A DNA stretch of 64,000 bases, taken from positions 135 to 64,134 of the forward strand of contig DAONFJ010000011.1 in NCBI GenBank assembly GCA_035403545.1, written 5' to 3'. The number at the start of each line of letters is the position of its first letter. Position 1 is the first letter of the stretch. Position numbers and translations under genes: made by a program. The DNA comes from Spirochaetota bacterium (GTDB lineage Bacteria > Spirochaetota > UBA4802 > UBA5550). Shown piece by piece: positions 25,781-35,090 of the stretch. The notes below the pieces were generated by a model, which ran no database searches, was not told the DNA's origin, and worked only from the letters and a program-made list of their open reading frames with translations.

Positions 25781-27120
25781 ATCATCACCCCTATAAGGTC
25801 ATATTCAACAGAATCTGTAACCCTCGCCCTGACAATCTGATTAACCCTGTTTTCAGCGGCGGTCAAGTAAAAAACTCCGTCCACTTCAGGCGCGTCAGAT
25901 TCCGTTCTTCCTATATATGTGTTATCATCAATTTTCTCTTCAACAAGCACATCAAGTTCAATCCCTATTTTTTCGTTCAGCTTTTCTCGTGAAATATCCG
26001 CCTGTATGGACATGAGTTCATCAAGCCTTCTGTTTTTATCATCGGCACTGAGTGTATCCGGAAGTTCAGAAGCTGCAGTACCCTCTTCCGGAGAATAGAT
26101 AAAACATCCCACTTTGTCGAGTTTAGCTGTTTTGATGAATGATAATAATTCGTGAAACTCTTTCTCTCCTGCACCGGGATAGCCTATCATAAAAGTAGAT
26201 CTTATGGTGATCCCCGGAATTTTTTTCCTGAGCCTGGCAATAAGTTCAAGATACTTTTCTGTATCCCCCTCTCGCCCCATTGATTTGAGGACTGACTTAC
26301 TGACATGCTGAAATGGAATATCAATATACGGTACTACCTTTTTATTTTCAGCGATAAGGTTTATTATTTCATCTGTTATATGATCTGGATGACAGTACAG
26401 AAGCCTGATCCACCTGAGTTTCTCAATCTTTGAAATTTCATTAATCAGAGAGACCAGATTCATCTCTCCCCATTGATATACGGCAATATCCTGCGCTATG
26501 ATATTCAATTCCAGGGCACCACCCAGTACTTCAGCTTCCGCATCTTTAAGTATTTTTTCAGGTGGAAAAGGAACATGCGGCCCCCTTATAAGAGGTATCG
26601 CGCAGTAACTGCAGTTGTTGGAGCATCCGTCAGAAATTTTGATGTATGAATACGGATAGCTGTTATAAAGTTTTTTTCGTACTGCAACGACATTGCCGGT
26701 TTGTATATCAAAAGTCCGGCACATTTGAGAAACAAATTTATCATCGGGAATTCCGTAAATAAAATCTATTTCAGGCATTTCACTTTCTATTTCATTAAAA
26801 TATCTTTTTGTTAAGCAGCCTGTTACAACAACCTTCCTTGCAAAAGGATGAGTTTCTCTTTTTCCGTGACGAAAAAATTTTGATCCGGAAGAGCCTGATT
26901 CTTTGATTGAAACAGCATCAAGTATAACCTCAATGGCTTCTTCTTTTGCGGACTGAATAAATCCGCAGGTATTTATTATTATTATGTCAGAATTGTCCGA
27001 GGCTTCAGCGGGAGTAAATCCGGCGCTTATCATCTCCCCGTTGATTTTCTCTGAATCAACGAGGTTTTTGGAACAGCCGAGAGAAATAATGTAGAATGAA
27101 AGATTTGATGAAATATACAC
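25777..27120 (-). CDS. rimO: Ribosomal protein S12 methylthiotransferase (MiaB-family radical SAM)
   Basis: UPF0004 N-terminal domain (ISLGCSKNLVDSE), radical SAM CSNNCSYC and a C-terminal TRAM domain. GTG start. Confidence 0.8.
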   Translation of the reverse strand: MYISSNLSFYIISLGCSKNLVDSEKINGEMISAGFTPAEASDNSDIIIINTCGFIQSAKEEAIEVILDAVSIKESGSSGSKFFRHGKRETHPFARKVVVTGCLTKRYFNEIESEMPEIDFIYGIPDDKFVSQMCRTFDIQTGNVVAVRKKLYNSYPYSYIKISDGCSNNCSYCAIPLIRGPHVPFPPEKILKDAEAEVLGGALELNIIAQDIAVYQWGEMNLVSLINEISKIEKLRWIRLLYCHPDHITDEIINLIAENKKVVPYIDIPFQHVSKSVLKSMGREGDTEKYLELIARLRKKIPGITIRSTFMIGYPGAGEKEFHELLSFIKTAKLDKVGCFIYSPEEGTAASELPDTLSADDKNRRLDELMSIQADISREKLNEKIGIELDVLVEEKIDDNTYIGRTESDAPEVDGVFYLTAAENRVNQIVRARVTDSVEYDLIGVMI

Positions 27121-27123
27121 ATC

Positions 27124-28269
27124 TCACCAGTCCTTCACATCAATGTGGTACAGATTAGGATTTGTAACGTCCTTTTTCCATGTTATGATTTTATTAGCAA
27201 CCTGTCCAGGTTTCCCGAAAACAAATTCTTTTCCATTTATCGTTGACTTAATACCGCCGGCATTTCCGATTTTCATCTGAATGTATTCTGATGCTTCCCA
27301 TCTTTCTACACTTCCTGCGGGCATAAAGCCTCTCTGCTTTCTATTACCGTCAAGGTAAATTTCTATAAAGGATTTCTGAATAAATTTCACTTCGAATACA
27401 ATTTTCAGGCTCTTGTTGCTTTGAGCTATAACCTGTGTATTATCACCCTCTGTAACAGGTTTTACATCATTATTCCCATTTACAGCTGCCGCGGCATTCA
27501 TTTCTGCTTTAAGGTCACGGCCGAGATCGATCATAACTTTTGCTCTGCTTTCAGTCAGGCCCTTCAGTGTAAGAAGAATCTCCCTTGGACATTCCGCAAC
27601 AGTAACCGGTATCTGTTTATCCATCTCCATGACTATGTCTTTATCATTATTTAAAAAATTAACAGTGACTTTGTTGTCTCCGATCTCTTTCAGGAGGAAG
27701 ACCACTTCTTTATTTTCTACAAGGAACTGAACAGCTTCACCTTTATAAACAAGAGTGAACCCTTTATCATTGGAAAGCTGCAGGCTCTTAATATTCTTTA
27801 TGCTCGAATTCTGGCTCTCTTCATAATTTTTCTTTATTTGCGAAACAGAATCTGATTCATCAATGCTAACATCAGATCTGTTCATTGCCCAGACTCCCCA
27901 TATAATAAGAAGAGAGAGCAACGCCACTCCGCCGAAGAATACAAGATTTCTGTACCTTTCATAGAGAGCTAATGCATTGATTACAAACTGCGACTTGGTC
28001 GGTCTTGTAAGCTCTTCAAGGGGAGTAGCTGATTCACCGATTTTATAACCCTTATAAAGCATAACCATCTCTTCGGGGTCCAGCTTCAGATACTCTGAAT
28101 ATGTCTTAAGAAAACCTATTATATACGTTTCACCGGGAAATTTATCGAAGTCTTCAACTTCAAGTGCTTCGATATAAGTTGGTGCCATATTTGTATCTTG
28201 AGCTACATTTTTAATTGTCAGTTTTTTTGCTTCACGCGCCTGTTTTAGTCTGTCTCCAATGCTCTCCAC
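27124..28269 (-). CDS. RodZ-like helix-turn-helix cytoskeletal or membrane protein
   Basis: N-terminal XRE-type HTH (IGDRLKQAREAKKLTIKNVAQDTNMAPTYIEALE..F), one TM segment and a C-terminal beta-rich domain (DUF4115-like). Confidence 0.65.
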   Translation of the reverse strand: MESIGDRLKQAREAKKLTIKNVAQDTNMAPTYIEALEVEDFDKFPGETYIIGFLKTYSEYLKLDPEEMVMLYKGYKIGESATPLEELTRPTKSQFVINALALYERYRNLVFFGGVALLSLLIIWGVWAMNRSDVSIDESDSVSQIKKNYEESQNSSIKNIKSLQLSNDKGFTLVYKGEAVQFLVENKEVVFLLKEIGDNKVTVNFLNNDKDIVMEMDKQIPVTVAECPREILLTLKGLTESRAKVMIDLGRDLKAEMNAAAAVNGNNDVKPVTEGDNTQVIAQSNKSLKIVFEVKFIQKSFIEIYLDGNRKQRGFMPAGSVERWEASEYIQMKIGNAGGIKSTINGKEFVFGKPGQVANKIITWKKDVTNPNLYHIDVKDW

Positions 28270-28272
28270 AAC

Positions 28273-28968
28273 TTACTCCTCTGATATCATAGGATTTTTT
28301 ATAACCCTCGCCGTTGCAGGAATATCAAACTTGAATATTCCATTAGGCAGATCAACATTTGTCTTTATATCTGAAAGGGTAATCTCAACCTTCTTCCCTG
28401 AAGAAGTAAAACCCTCAGCTTTCTGAATAAAAAAGTTTTCTGAAATCCAGAGATTGATTGTTTTATAACCGCCCCGGCTCTCTTTCTGTTTCAGAACAAG
28501 AGTATACATCTTGCTTCCATCTGTCATTGTCTCAGGCTCATCCTTTGAAGCAAACCTGTAATGGTATTTGGAAAAGAGTCTGTTAAGGCCGGCTTCTGAT
28601 CCTGAAGTGAAAAGTCCTGAGTCGGTCATAAGATCCTGTTCGGCCACAACATTCATGGAAGGGATATAAATCCACATCATCTCGCCGTTTGAAACTATCT
28701 TCTGCCGCGAAGGCTGGTAGAATTCCATCAGAAGTTTATCGGATGATTTAAATCTAAGTACTCCGGTTTGTGTTGTTTTTCTTTCACCCTTTGCTGATAC
28801 AATGGTAAAATTTGCCTGATATGACTCAAGGCTGCTGTAATTTTTTTTAATATTACTTACAACATCACTTACAGTAACAAAATCAAATTTGTATGCAAAC
28901 GCATTCGCGGCAAAGAAAGAAAAAAGGATAAGAATTGAAGCTGGAAGGTATTTTTTCATTTTAAACAT
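28273..28968 (-). CDS. LolA-like outer-membrane lipoprotein carrier family protein
   Basis: Signal peptide (..AANAFA). Size and beta-rich pattern (F..V......G.L.FK..DKL..E...P..Q.IV.NG..MWIY.P) are typical of LolA/LolB-fold proteins. Confidence 0.55.
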   Translation of the reverse strand: MFKMKKYLPASILILFSFFAANAFAYKFDFVTVSDVVSNIKKNYSSLESYQANFTIVSAKGERKTTQTGVLRFKSSDKLLMEFYQPSRQKIVSNGEMMWIYIPSMNVVAEQDLMTDSGLFTSGSEAGLNRLFSKYHYRFASKDEPETMTDGSKMYTLVLKQKESRGGYKTINLWISENFFIQKAEGFTSSGKKVEITLSDIKTNVDLPNGIFKFDIPATARVIKNPMISEE

Positions 28969-29030
28969 AATATCTTTTCTTTTTAATAATAAATTTTTAA
29001 TATCAAAACAACAATAATAACCAGATTATT

Positions 29031-29137
29031 CACTGCAATTACAATAAACACCAAAAAAAAGTCAATACTAAAAACCAGTCAAAGTGTAAATGATTTTTTT
29101 AGACTGCATAATTCAAACTGCAATAAAAAACTGCAAT
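29031..29137. repeat. Cluster of ACTGCA(A/T) direct repeats upstream of the lolA-like operon
   Basis: CACTGCAAT (29031-29039), GACTGCATAAT (29102-29112), AAACTGCAAT (29115-29124) and AAACTGCAAT (29128-29137). The last three are phased at 13-14 nt. Confidence 0.7.
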
Positions 29138-29302
29138 CTTTATGAACTGAATATTGTATTTCATCCTGATTTCAGGAACAGATTACCCATTCCATATTTT
29201 TTTCACTTAATAACAGTTTCCCGAAAAAAAATTGTATTAAAATACTGGACAAATAGTAAATTAAATATAGATAGGATGTTAAATATAAAATCAGGGATAG
29301 CG

Positions 29303-29491
29303 ATGAAAGCCATATACATAGGGAATAAAAAATTGAGAGAAATTGATCTCCTTGACCCGAAACTTGATGAAGAGCTTTTTGTGATAATGAATGAATATTC
29401 TCTGATGGAGTCTCATGTTATTTATTTTTCAGCCGGCGATTCAAAGATTAAAGAAATCCTCATAAAAAAAGATCCGACCTTTTCTGTATAG
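29303..29491 (+). CDS. Possible 62-aa small protein (speculative)
   Basis: ATG 29303 with AGGGA 5 nt upstream, giving MKAIYIGNKKLREIDLLDPKLDEELFVIMNEYSLMESHVIYFSAGDSKIKEILIKKDPTFSV. Its 3' end overlaps the convergent HD-GYP gene by 32 nt. No homology recognised. Confidence 0.25.
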   Translation: MKAIYIGNKKLREIDLLDPKLDEELFVIMNEYSLMESHVIYFSAGDSKIKEILIKKDPTFSV

Positions 29492-31415
29492 AATCTGTTT
29501 TATTTTTTTCACTTTCAATAATTTCAATCATCAGGTCAACGATTTCAGGATCAAGTTTTCTCCCTTTTTCGGATATCATAATAGCAAGAGCTTCGTCGGT
29601 GCTCATGCCGTTTCTGTACGGCCTGTCGGAAATGAGAGAATCGTAGACATCCGCCACTGCGATGAGCCGCCCCATAAGGGGGATACTCCTCCCTTCCAGA
29701 CCGAATGGATAACCGCTGCCGTCCCATGCTTCATGGTGGAATATTATTCCGTTAATAAATTTTTCATAACCGGGAATCTCTTCAATAATGGTCGCTCCGT
29801 CATGAGGGTGTCTCTTAATTATATCAAACTCTTCGGGGCTTAATTTTTCGGGTTTATCGAGAATTGATTCAGGAACTCCTATTTTTCCTATATCATGAAG
29901 ATTTGATGATACTTTCAGGTCACTTAAAAACGTTTCACTCATTCCCATCATTACTGCGAGCTTTGCGGAGTACTCCGTGACTCTTTCACTGTGACCGGAA
30001 GTCCATTTTGATTTTGCGTCTATTGTTTTTGAAAGGGCCAGAAGTATTCCAAGAAAAAGATTCTCCTTCTCTTCAAAAAATTTAACGCTTTTCATGGCAA
30101 CACCGGTCTGATCAGCTAATGCTTTCAAAGTCTCCGTTTCAAAATCTGTAAAAGGCCTGTCGATATCCTTTCTTATAATAAGTGATCCGATATACTCCTC
30201 ATCAAGATAAATTGGAAGATTCATAAGATGCAGAAAATTTTCATGGATAAGTGAATTCAGCAAATCCAGATATTCCTTATCTGTATTATTTCCAATGATG
30301 AAAAAGGATTTATTCTTTTCGATATTCTCTTTGCCGAGATTATCGAAAGTAAGAATCAGGCCTTCACCCTTAACGCCCTTGATACCTTTTATATAGTGAG
30401 AAAGTACTACATACTTCTCCCTGGCATTATCAACCATCGCAAGAGAAACCATGCAGTCGCTAAAAAGTTCTGAAACAATAAATGTCACTCTGTCAATAAG
30501 GTCATGCCGTGAAATTGACGAGAGTACAGCTTTATCAATTTTATTCATGACCGAGATAGCTTCTATCCTCTTGTTCAAGCTCTCCATATTTTCTTTTATT
30601 CTATCAGCCATTATATTTATTGATAAAGATAACTCGCCGATCTCATCTTTTGAAACAATCTCTGTCCGGATATCAAGATTACCTGATGCTATACCGGCAG
30701 TCTGGGAACTTAAGCTTGATATTGGTTTTGATATATGAAGCGCGATAAACTTTGAAAGCAGAAGTGAAACCAGAAAAAGCGCAAGACCGTAAATAAAAAT
30801 AATTTCCCCTCCGCCGATAAACTTCAGAGCTCCTTTGCGGCTTGATATAATTTTCGCCACATAAATATTCTTATCATGAGGCCTTGTCAGATTTATCCAG
30901 AAATTTATATTATCGCTCTTGCCGTAAAATACTGAATTAGAATAGGATACTCTCCCCTTTTTAAGAGAGGACGAAACCTGTATCTCCTCGTCGGGGGGAA
31001 TTTCGTCTTTTGTAATTATTCCGGAAGCAGCTTTAAACAGTTTAAACCATTTACCTGAATGTATTGAATAGTAATAGATTACTATTTTTTTATCATCTGT
31101 ATTTTCAGCCAGATTATTTTTAAAAATTGATACGAAAGGAAATACAATGTTCATTTTCTCATTGTAAACACTGCCGGTATAACTTTCAATTATATCGCCG
31201 GGAAGATCATTATTTTCCAGCCAGTCATCCGCAACTCTTGATACGATGTTATGCAAGTGATTTGTTGCTGCAGTAGTATAAAAAATAAAAGATAAGTATC
31301 CTACCAGAAGTCCAAACAGTGTGAAGTATACTGTAAGCTTATATTTGAATTTAAGCCTGCTGAATATTAGCCTGATGCTGCGAATCACTTTTCCGAACAT
31401 TTTTTTCTGAACCAT
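29460..31415 (-). CDS. Membrane-bound HD-GYP domain phosphodiesterase (TM, periplasmic, HAMP, GAF and HD-GYP domains)
   Basis: HDIGKIGVPESILDKP..L..EEF..IKRHP and HHEAWDGSGYPFGL are HD-GYP signatures. A HAMP segment (ISSLSSQTAGIASGNLD..) and two N-terminal TM segments precede them. Confidence 0.85.
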   Translation of the reverse strand: MVQKKMFGKVIRSIRLIFSRLKFKYKLTVYFTLFGLLVGYLSFIFYTTAATNHLHNIVSRVADDWLENNDLPGDIIESYTGSVYNEKMNIVFPFVSIFKNNLAENTDDKKIVIYYYSIHSGKWFKLFKAASGIITKDEIPPDEEIQVSSSLKKGRVSYSNSVFYGKSDNINFWINLTRPHDKNIYVAKIISSRKGALKFIGGGEIIFIYGLALFLVSLLLSKFIALHISKPISSLSSQTAGIASGNLDIRTEIVSKDEIGELSLSINIMADRIKENMESLNKRIEAISVMNKIDKAVLSSISRHDLIDRVTFIVSELFSDCMVSLAMVDNAREKYVVLSHYIKGIKGVKGEGLILTFDNLGKENIEKNKSFFIIGNNTDKEYLDLLNSLIHENFLHLMNLPIYLDEEYIGSLIIRKDIDRPFTDFETETLKALADQTGVAMKSVKFFEEKENLFLGILLALSKTIDAKSKWTSGHSERVTEYSAKLAVMMGMSETFLSDLKVSSNLHDIGKIGVPESILDKPEKLSPEEFDIIKRHPHDGATIIEEIPGYEKFINGIIFHHEAWDGSGYPFGLEGRSIPLMGRLIAVADVYDSLISDRPYRNGMSTDEALAIMISEKGRKLDPEIVDLMIEIIESEKNKTDSIQKRSDLFL

Positions 31416-31470
31416 TTAAGTTTTATATTTGTACAACCGGATAATTAAAACATGGTACAGAGTCAATATT

Positions 31471-32418
31471 TTATTCATAAATAAGATTATTATTTTTTAT
31501 AAACATTTCCATGTCACAGGGTAAATCCGCGCAGATTTTAATTTCACGTTTTTCAAAAGGGTCGAAGAAAGTAAATGAACGGGAGTGCAGAGCGCACCTC
31601 TGGAAGCCGGCTCTTTCCTCAAGATTTTCACTATCACCGTTTTTAACGTAATCGAGATAAATAGTTTCATCGTCGCCGTACATCTTGTCTCCGAGTACCG
31701 GATATCCGGCGTATTTAAGATGGACACGGATCTGATGCATTCTCCCTGTTACAGGAAAAGCTTTCACTACAGAAAAAGCATCTGAAGATGACAGAAGCTT
31801 AAACTCTGTCAGAGCTGATTCCTCCGCTCCGGGATATGCTTCTCTTTTTTTATTTATGAGAGAATTCCTTGCAGGGCCTATGGGCTTGTCGATAATGAAA
31901 TATTTTTCTGCAACGTTTCCGCGTACAATTGAAATATATTCTTTACCGGTTTTACTGAAATTTTTCTGCACTTCCGATGCGGCAGCTGAATTTTTACCTA
32001 ACAGAAGAGCGCCTGATGTTTCCCTGTCGAGCCGGTGGACAGGATAAAACTTTTCACCTCGATGATCTTCCAGAAGCATAACAAGCGTGTTGCGGAAAAA
32101 AATTCCCGAGGGATGCACAGGAAGGTTTCCTGTCTTATTTACAGCGAGATAATTTTCATTTTCAAAAATGACAGAGTATCCGGAATCTATATCCGGTTCA
32201 AGTATCTCCCCGGCTATGTACTCAACCATGTCGCCCGGGTATATATGCTTTTTAACATTCACCGTTACCTGGCCGTTAAGTTTAAGCTTCCCCGCGGATA
32301 TTTCTCTCTGCCATGATGTTCTGCTCATATAGCTGAACCTCTTTGAAAGATAAGCATCAAGTCTCAATCCGTCATAGCTCTCATTAACGAGAGATTCCAT
32401 TATTCTTTCTTTCTGCAT
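31471..32418 (-). CDS. RluA-family pseudouridine synthase (RluD/RluC-like, with an S4 domain)
   Basis: Catalytic motif HRLDRETSGALLLGK, an N-terminal S4-like RLDAYLSK, and the C-terminal HQIRVHL motif. Confidence 0.85.
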   Translation of the reverse strand: MQKERIMESLVNESYDGLRLDAYLSKRFSYMSRTSWQREISAGKLKLNGQVTVNVKKHIYPGDMVEYIAGEILEPDIDSGYSVIFENENYLAVNKTGNLPVHPSGIFFRNTLVMLLEDHRGEKFYPVHRLDRETSGALLLGKNSAAASEVQKNFSKTGKEYISIVRGNVAEKYFIIDKPIGPARNSLINKKREAYPGAEESALTEFKLLSSSDAFSVVKAFPVTGRMHQIRVHLKYAGYPVLGDKMYGDDETIYLDYVKNGDSENLEERAGFQRCALHSRSFTFFDPFEKREIKICADLPCDMEMFIKNNNLIYE

Positions 32419-32423
32419 ATAAG

Positions 32424-34967
32424 TCAGCTTAATACAGAGATCAGCCCGTCTCTCAGCCGCCCTCTCCTGTCAAAATCTTTATCACTGATTATCTGGTCGG
32501 GATGTTTCATGAATGCTACATGCCCTGATTTTCCGTCAGAGCCCTGAAACATGATGCTCCGGGCTATCTCTATATTCTGTAAAGCATTTGTTCCTTTTTT
32601 TTCCGTGTAAAGGCCCGCATTAAAAATCAGGTCAGGAAGCGAATCTATACCGCTGTCCAGAGAGAACTCCTTAACCAGATATAACATTTTGAATAGAAGA
32701 TCAACCGCTTCAATAGAAGTTATTTCATTGATATATCCGATGATAAGGCCTCCCTTACTTCTCATTACAAGATTGCCGCCTCCTGCTGAAGAGAGGATCT
32801 CGCTGATAATTTCACTTAATCTTTTATACACTTTATCGCCTGAATTATTACCGCAAAATCTGTTTACATCGACAAGATTTGAAAGCTCGGCACAGAATAC
32901 ATGACGGGGCCTATCACCGGAATAATTTCCATCCTGGTCATAAACTTCAGGAAGAACAAAATCCTCAAAAAACTCCCACTTTTTAAATCCGGTAAGTGTA
33001 TCAATATATATTTTTTCCGCATCCGAATTCAGCCCATCTTCTCCGCACTGGCCATCCTCACGATCTGACATTTCAGCTTCTGGTTCAGGCTCAATATTAT
33101 AAGCCTCCAGATCTTTCTGAAGTTTTGCGACTTCATCATACACTGCCTGTATACCGTTGTGTTTTAAAGTTTCGGCAAAATATTCGGCAACAGAACAACC
33201 TGACTCAAGCAGGTCAACGAGATATACTTCTTTTCTATTTAATACATACTCAAGATTCCGTACCTTGGGATGAATAATTTTAGCATTAAGAAGAAAATTA
33301 TAATTTTCAGTTATTTCCCTGGATTCATATTTACCGGCCTTATGAAATTTATTAATCAGATCATTAAACCTCATACATATATTATAACATTTCGCTGACA
33401 ATTCACTTAGAGTCTCCCTCAATAGTTTTGTATCTCCGGGAAGTGTTGAAACATTCTCATGCTCCATAAGTTTTTTTAGAAATTCATCCTGATCAATTTC
33501 ATGAGTGAGTTTGTAATTCTGCAGATCTTTTCCTCTTGTTCCCTGTAGTTCAAGAGAGAGCGAACGATAGTCATCAACAGCCCTGGTGAGTTCCGGGAAA
33601 TTTTCGAAGTAACCGGTTACCTCTTTATTATCATATTCAAGATCAAAATTTTCGCGGCTTATAATCAATTCAAGAATATATTTTAAATAAGCATCAAATA
33701 CCTTCATTAATTTAAAAAATGGTTTTATCAGCATTTCCTTATTCCATGCCGCGATACTTCCCCTTGCTTCAATTTCAAATAATCTCTTTGCCAGGTTTCT
33801 CCCCATCTCGCTGTACTTTGTAGTAATATTTGCCAGATCTGAAAGCTTCGATTTGATTTTTGTCCCCTCTGTCACCTGTACATGGCTCTCACTTTCTATC
33901 GCGTTCCTTGCTTCAGGAGTGTATTCTTTTTCAGAACTGTTTAAACTTCCATCCTCGCTCACAATGTACATAAGCTGATTGAAGGTCTTGACCCTTACTC
34001 CGAGGTAAGCGGTGTAGTATGAGTACAATGCACCGGAAATAGTTCCGGTTATCAGGTCTCTCTCGCTATGCCGCACGGTCTTGCTGTTAAAAACCTGCCT
34101 GTCTGTTAAAAATCCGACGTAACCCATAAATCCATGTCCGGGCTGATGATCTTTAAAAACTTTTTTAAGACCGCTATCAATAGATTTGATATTCCGCATA
34201 ACCATGATATATACGGCCGCATAATCGTTCATTGCTTCAAATATCTCCATCGGATGATATGACAGGCTGCGCTTTACTGCAGCAAGCTTATCAAGTTCTC
34301 TTCCCATCCCGTACAATTTTACGAGTGAGTTATATTCAAGGACCGTGAGATAATAATAAAAGCCGTCTAGGATTCCTTTAAGTTCGGCATTTATTTCTCT
34401 ATGCGCGGAATATGCTTTAAGCCTGATAATATCAAGCGGCTCTGTGCGGTACCGGTGAGTAAAAAGTGTGATCGTTCCGAATTCCAGAGCGAATTTTGTC
34501 AGATTGTACCAGTCTTTTAACCAGAAGCCGGATTTTCTGAGCCGGACTATGTCCTCTTTTCTTTTATCGGCTTCCGCTTTCGAATGAAGATCATCTCCAA
34601 TTCTATCCTTAACCTGATGAATCAGATCTTCAGCCATACGCTTTTTAGCGAGATTATTAAGCCCCGAAGCGGCAATCACCGCGAAACGGTCTTTCTCCCG
34701 GTCGGTGAGCTTTACCTTTTTCTCGGAAAGATAATGATCGAAAGCATCGACTGTCTCTTTAAACGATACATAGTGCTTTCTTTCAGCACTATTAGAAGAA
34801 CTCTTCATTTCATCAAGTACCCTGGTTAACTTTTCCAGATACTTTTTATGTTCATCTGAATCTATTCCGACTTCATCCAGATAGATATTAACATTTTTCT
34901 CAATTCCACCCAAAAAAATTACCTCATATATTACATATAAACTAATTTGCACCGCAAATAATTTCAA
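32424..34967 (-). CDS. Large cytoplasmic protein: about 640 aa all-helical unknown region plus a degenerate GGDEF-like C-terminal domain
   Basis: The C-terminus aligns by eye to the GGDEF fold: IDTLTGFKKWEFFEDFV (cf. DxLTGLxNRRxF), FCAELSNLVDVNRFCGNNSGDKVYKRLSEI (cf. DiDhFKxiNDxyGHxxGDxvL) and VMRSKGGLIIGYI (cf. RxGGDEFxil). The acidic catalytic residues are missing. The start is uncertain: ATG 34967, or TTG 34913 with GAGG upstream. Confidence 0.6.
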   Translation of the reverse strand: MKLFAVQISLYVIYEVIFLGGIEKNVNIYLDEVGIDSDEHKKYLEKLTRVLDEMKSSSNSAERKHYVSFKETVDAFDHYLSEKKVKLTDREKDRFAVIAASGLNNLAKKRMAEDLIHQVKDRIGDDLHSKAEADKRKEDIVRLRKSGFWLKDWYNLTKFALEFGTITLFTHRYRTEPLDIIRLKAYSAHREINAELKGILDGFYYYLTVLEYNSLVKLYGMGRELDKLAAVKRSLSYHPMEIFEAMNDYAAVYIMVMRNIKSIDSGLKKVFKDHQPGHGFMGYVGFLTDRQVFNSKTVRHSERDLITGTISGALYSYYTAYLGVRVKTFNQLMYIVSEDGSLNSSEKEYTPEARNAIESESHVQVTEGTKIKSKLSDLANITTKYSEMGRNLAKRLFEIEARGSIAAWNKEMLIKPFFKLMKVFDAYLKYILELIISRENFDLEYDNKEVTGYFENFPELTRAVDDYRSLSLELQGTRGKDLQNYKLTHEIDQDEFLKKLMEHENVSTLPGDTKLLRETLSELSAKCYNICMRFNDLINKFHKAGKYESREITENYNFLLNAKIIHPKVRNLEYVLNRKEVYLVDLLESGCSVAEYFAETLKHNGIQAVYDEVAKLQKDLEAYNIEPEPEAEMSDREDGQCGEDGLNSDAEKIYIDTLTGFKKWEFFEDFVLPEVYDQDGNYSGDRPRHVFCAELSNLVDVNRFCGNNSGDKVYKRLSEIISEILSSAGGGNLVMRSKGGLIIGYINEITSIEAVDLLFKMLYLVKEFSLDSGIDSLPDLIFNAGLYTEKKGTNALQNIEIARSIMFQGSDGKSGHVAFMKHPDQIISDKDFDRRGRLRDGLISVLS

Positions 34968-35090
34968 TCATATAAACAGGTTTTTTAAAATATAATTGAG
35001 GGATTAAACTGGAAAGTAATTTTTAATAAATAATCTCAGCAATAGCCTCCACACGCCCGGATGGGTCCTGGAAAAAAATTAAATACTTGG

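Noticed and set aside
29090-29302. N-terminal half of the 133-aa track ORF
   Set aside because: The sequence is AT-rich and low in complexity (..IIQTAIKNCNLYELNIVFHPDF..), contains the ACTGCAAT repeat array and has no RBS. Only the distal 62-aa part is kept, as a speculative ORF.
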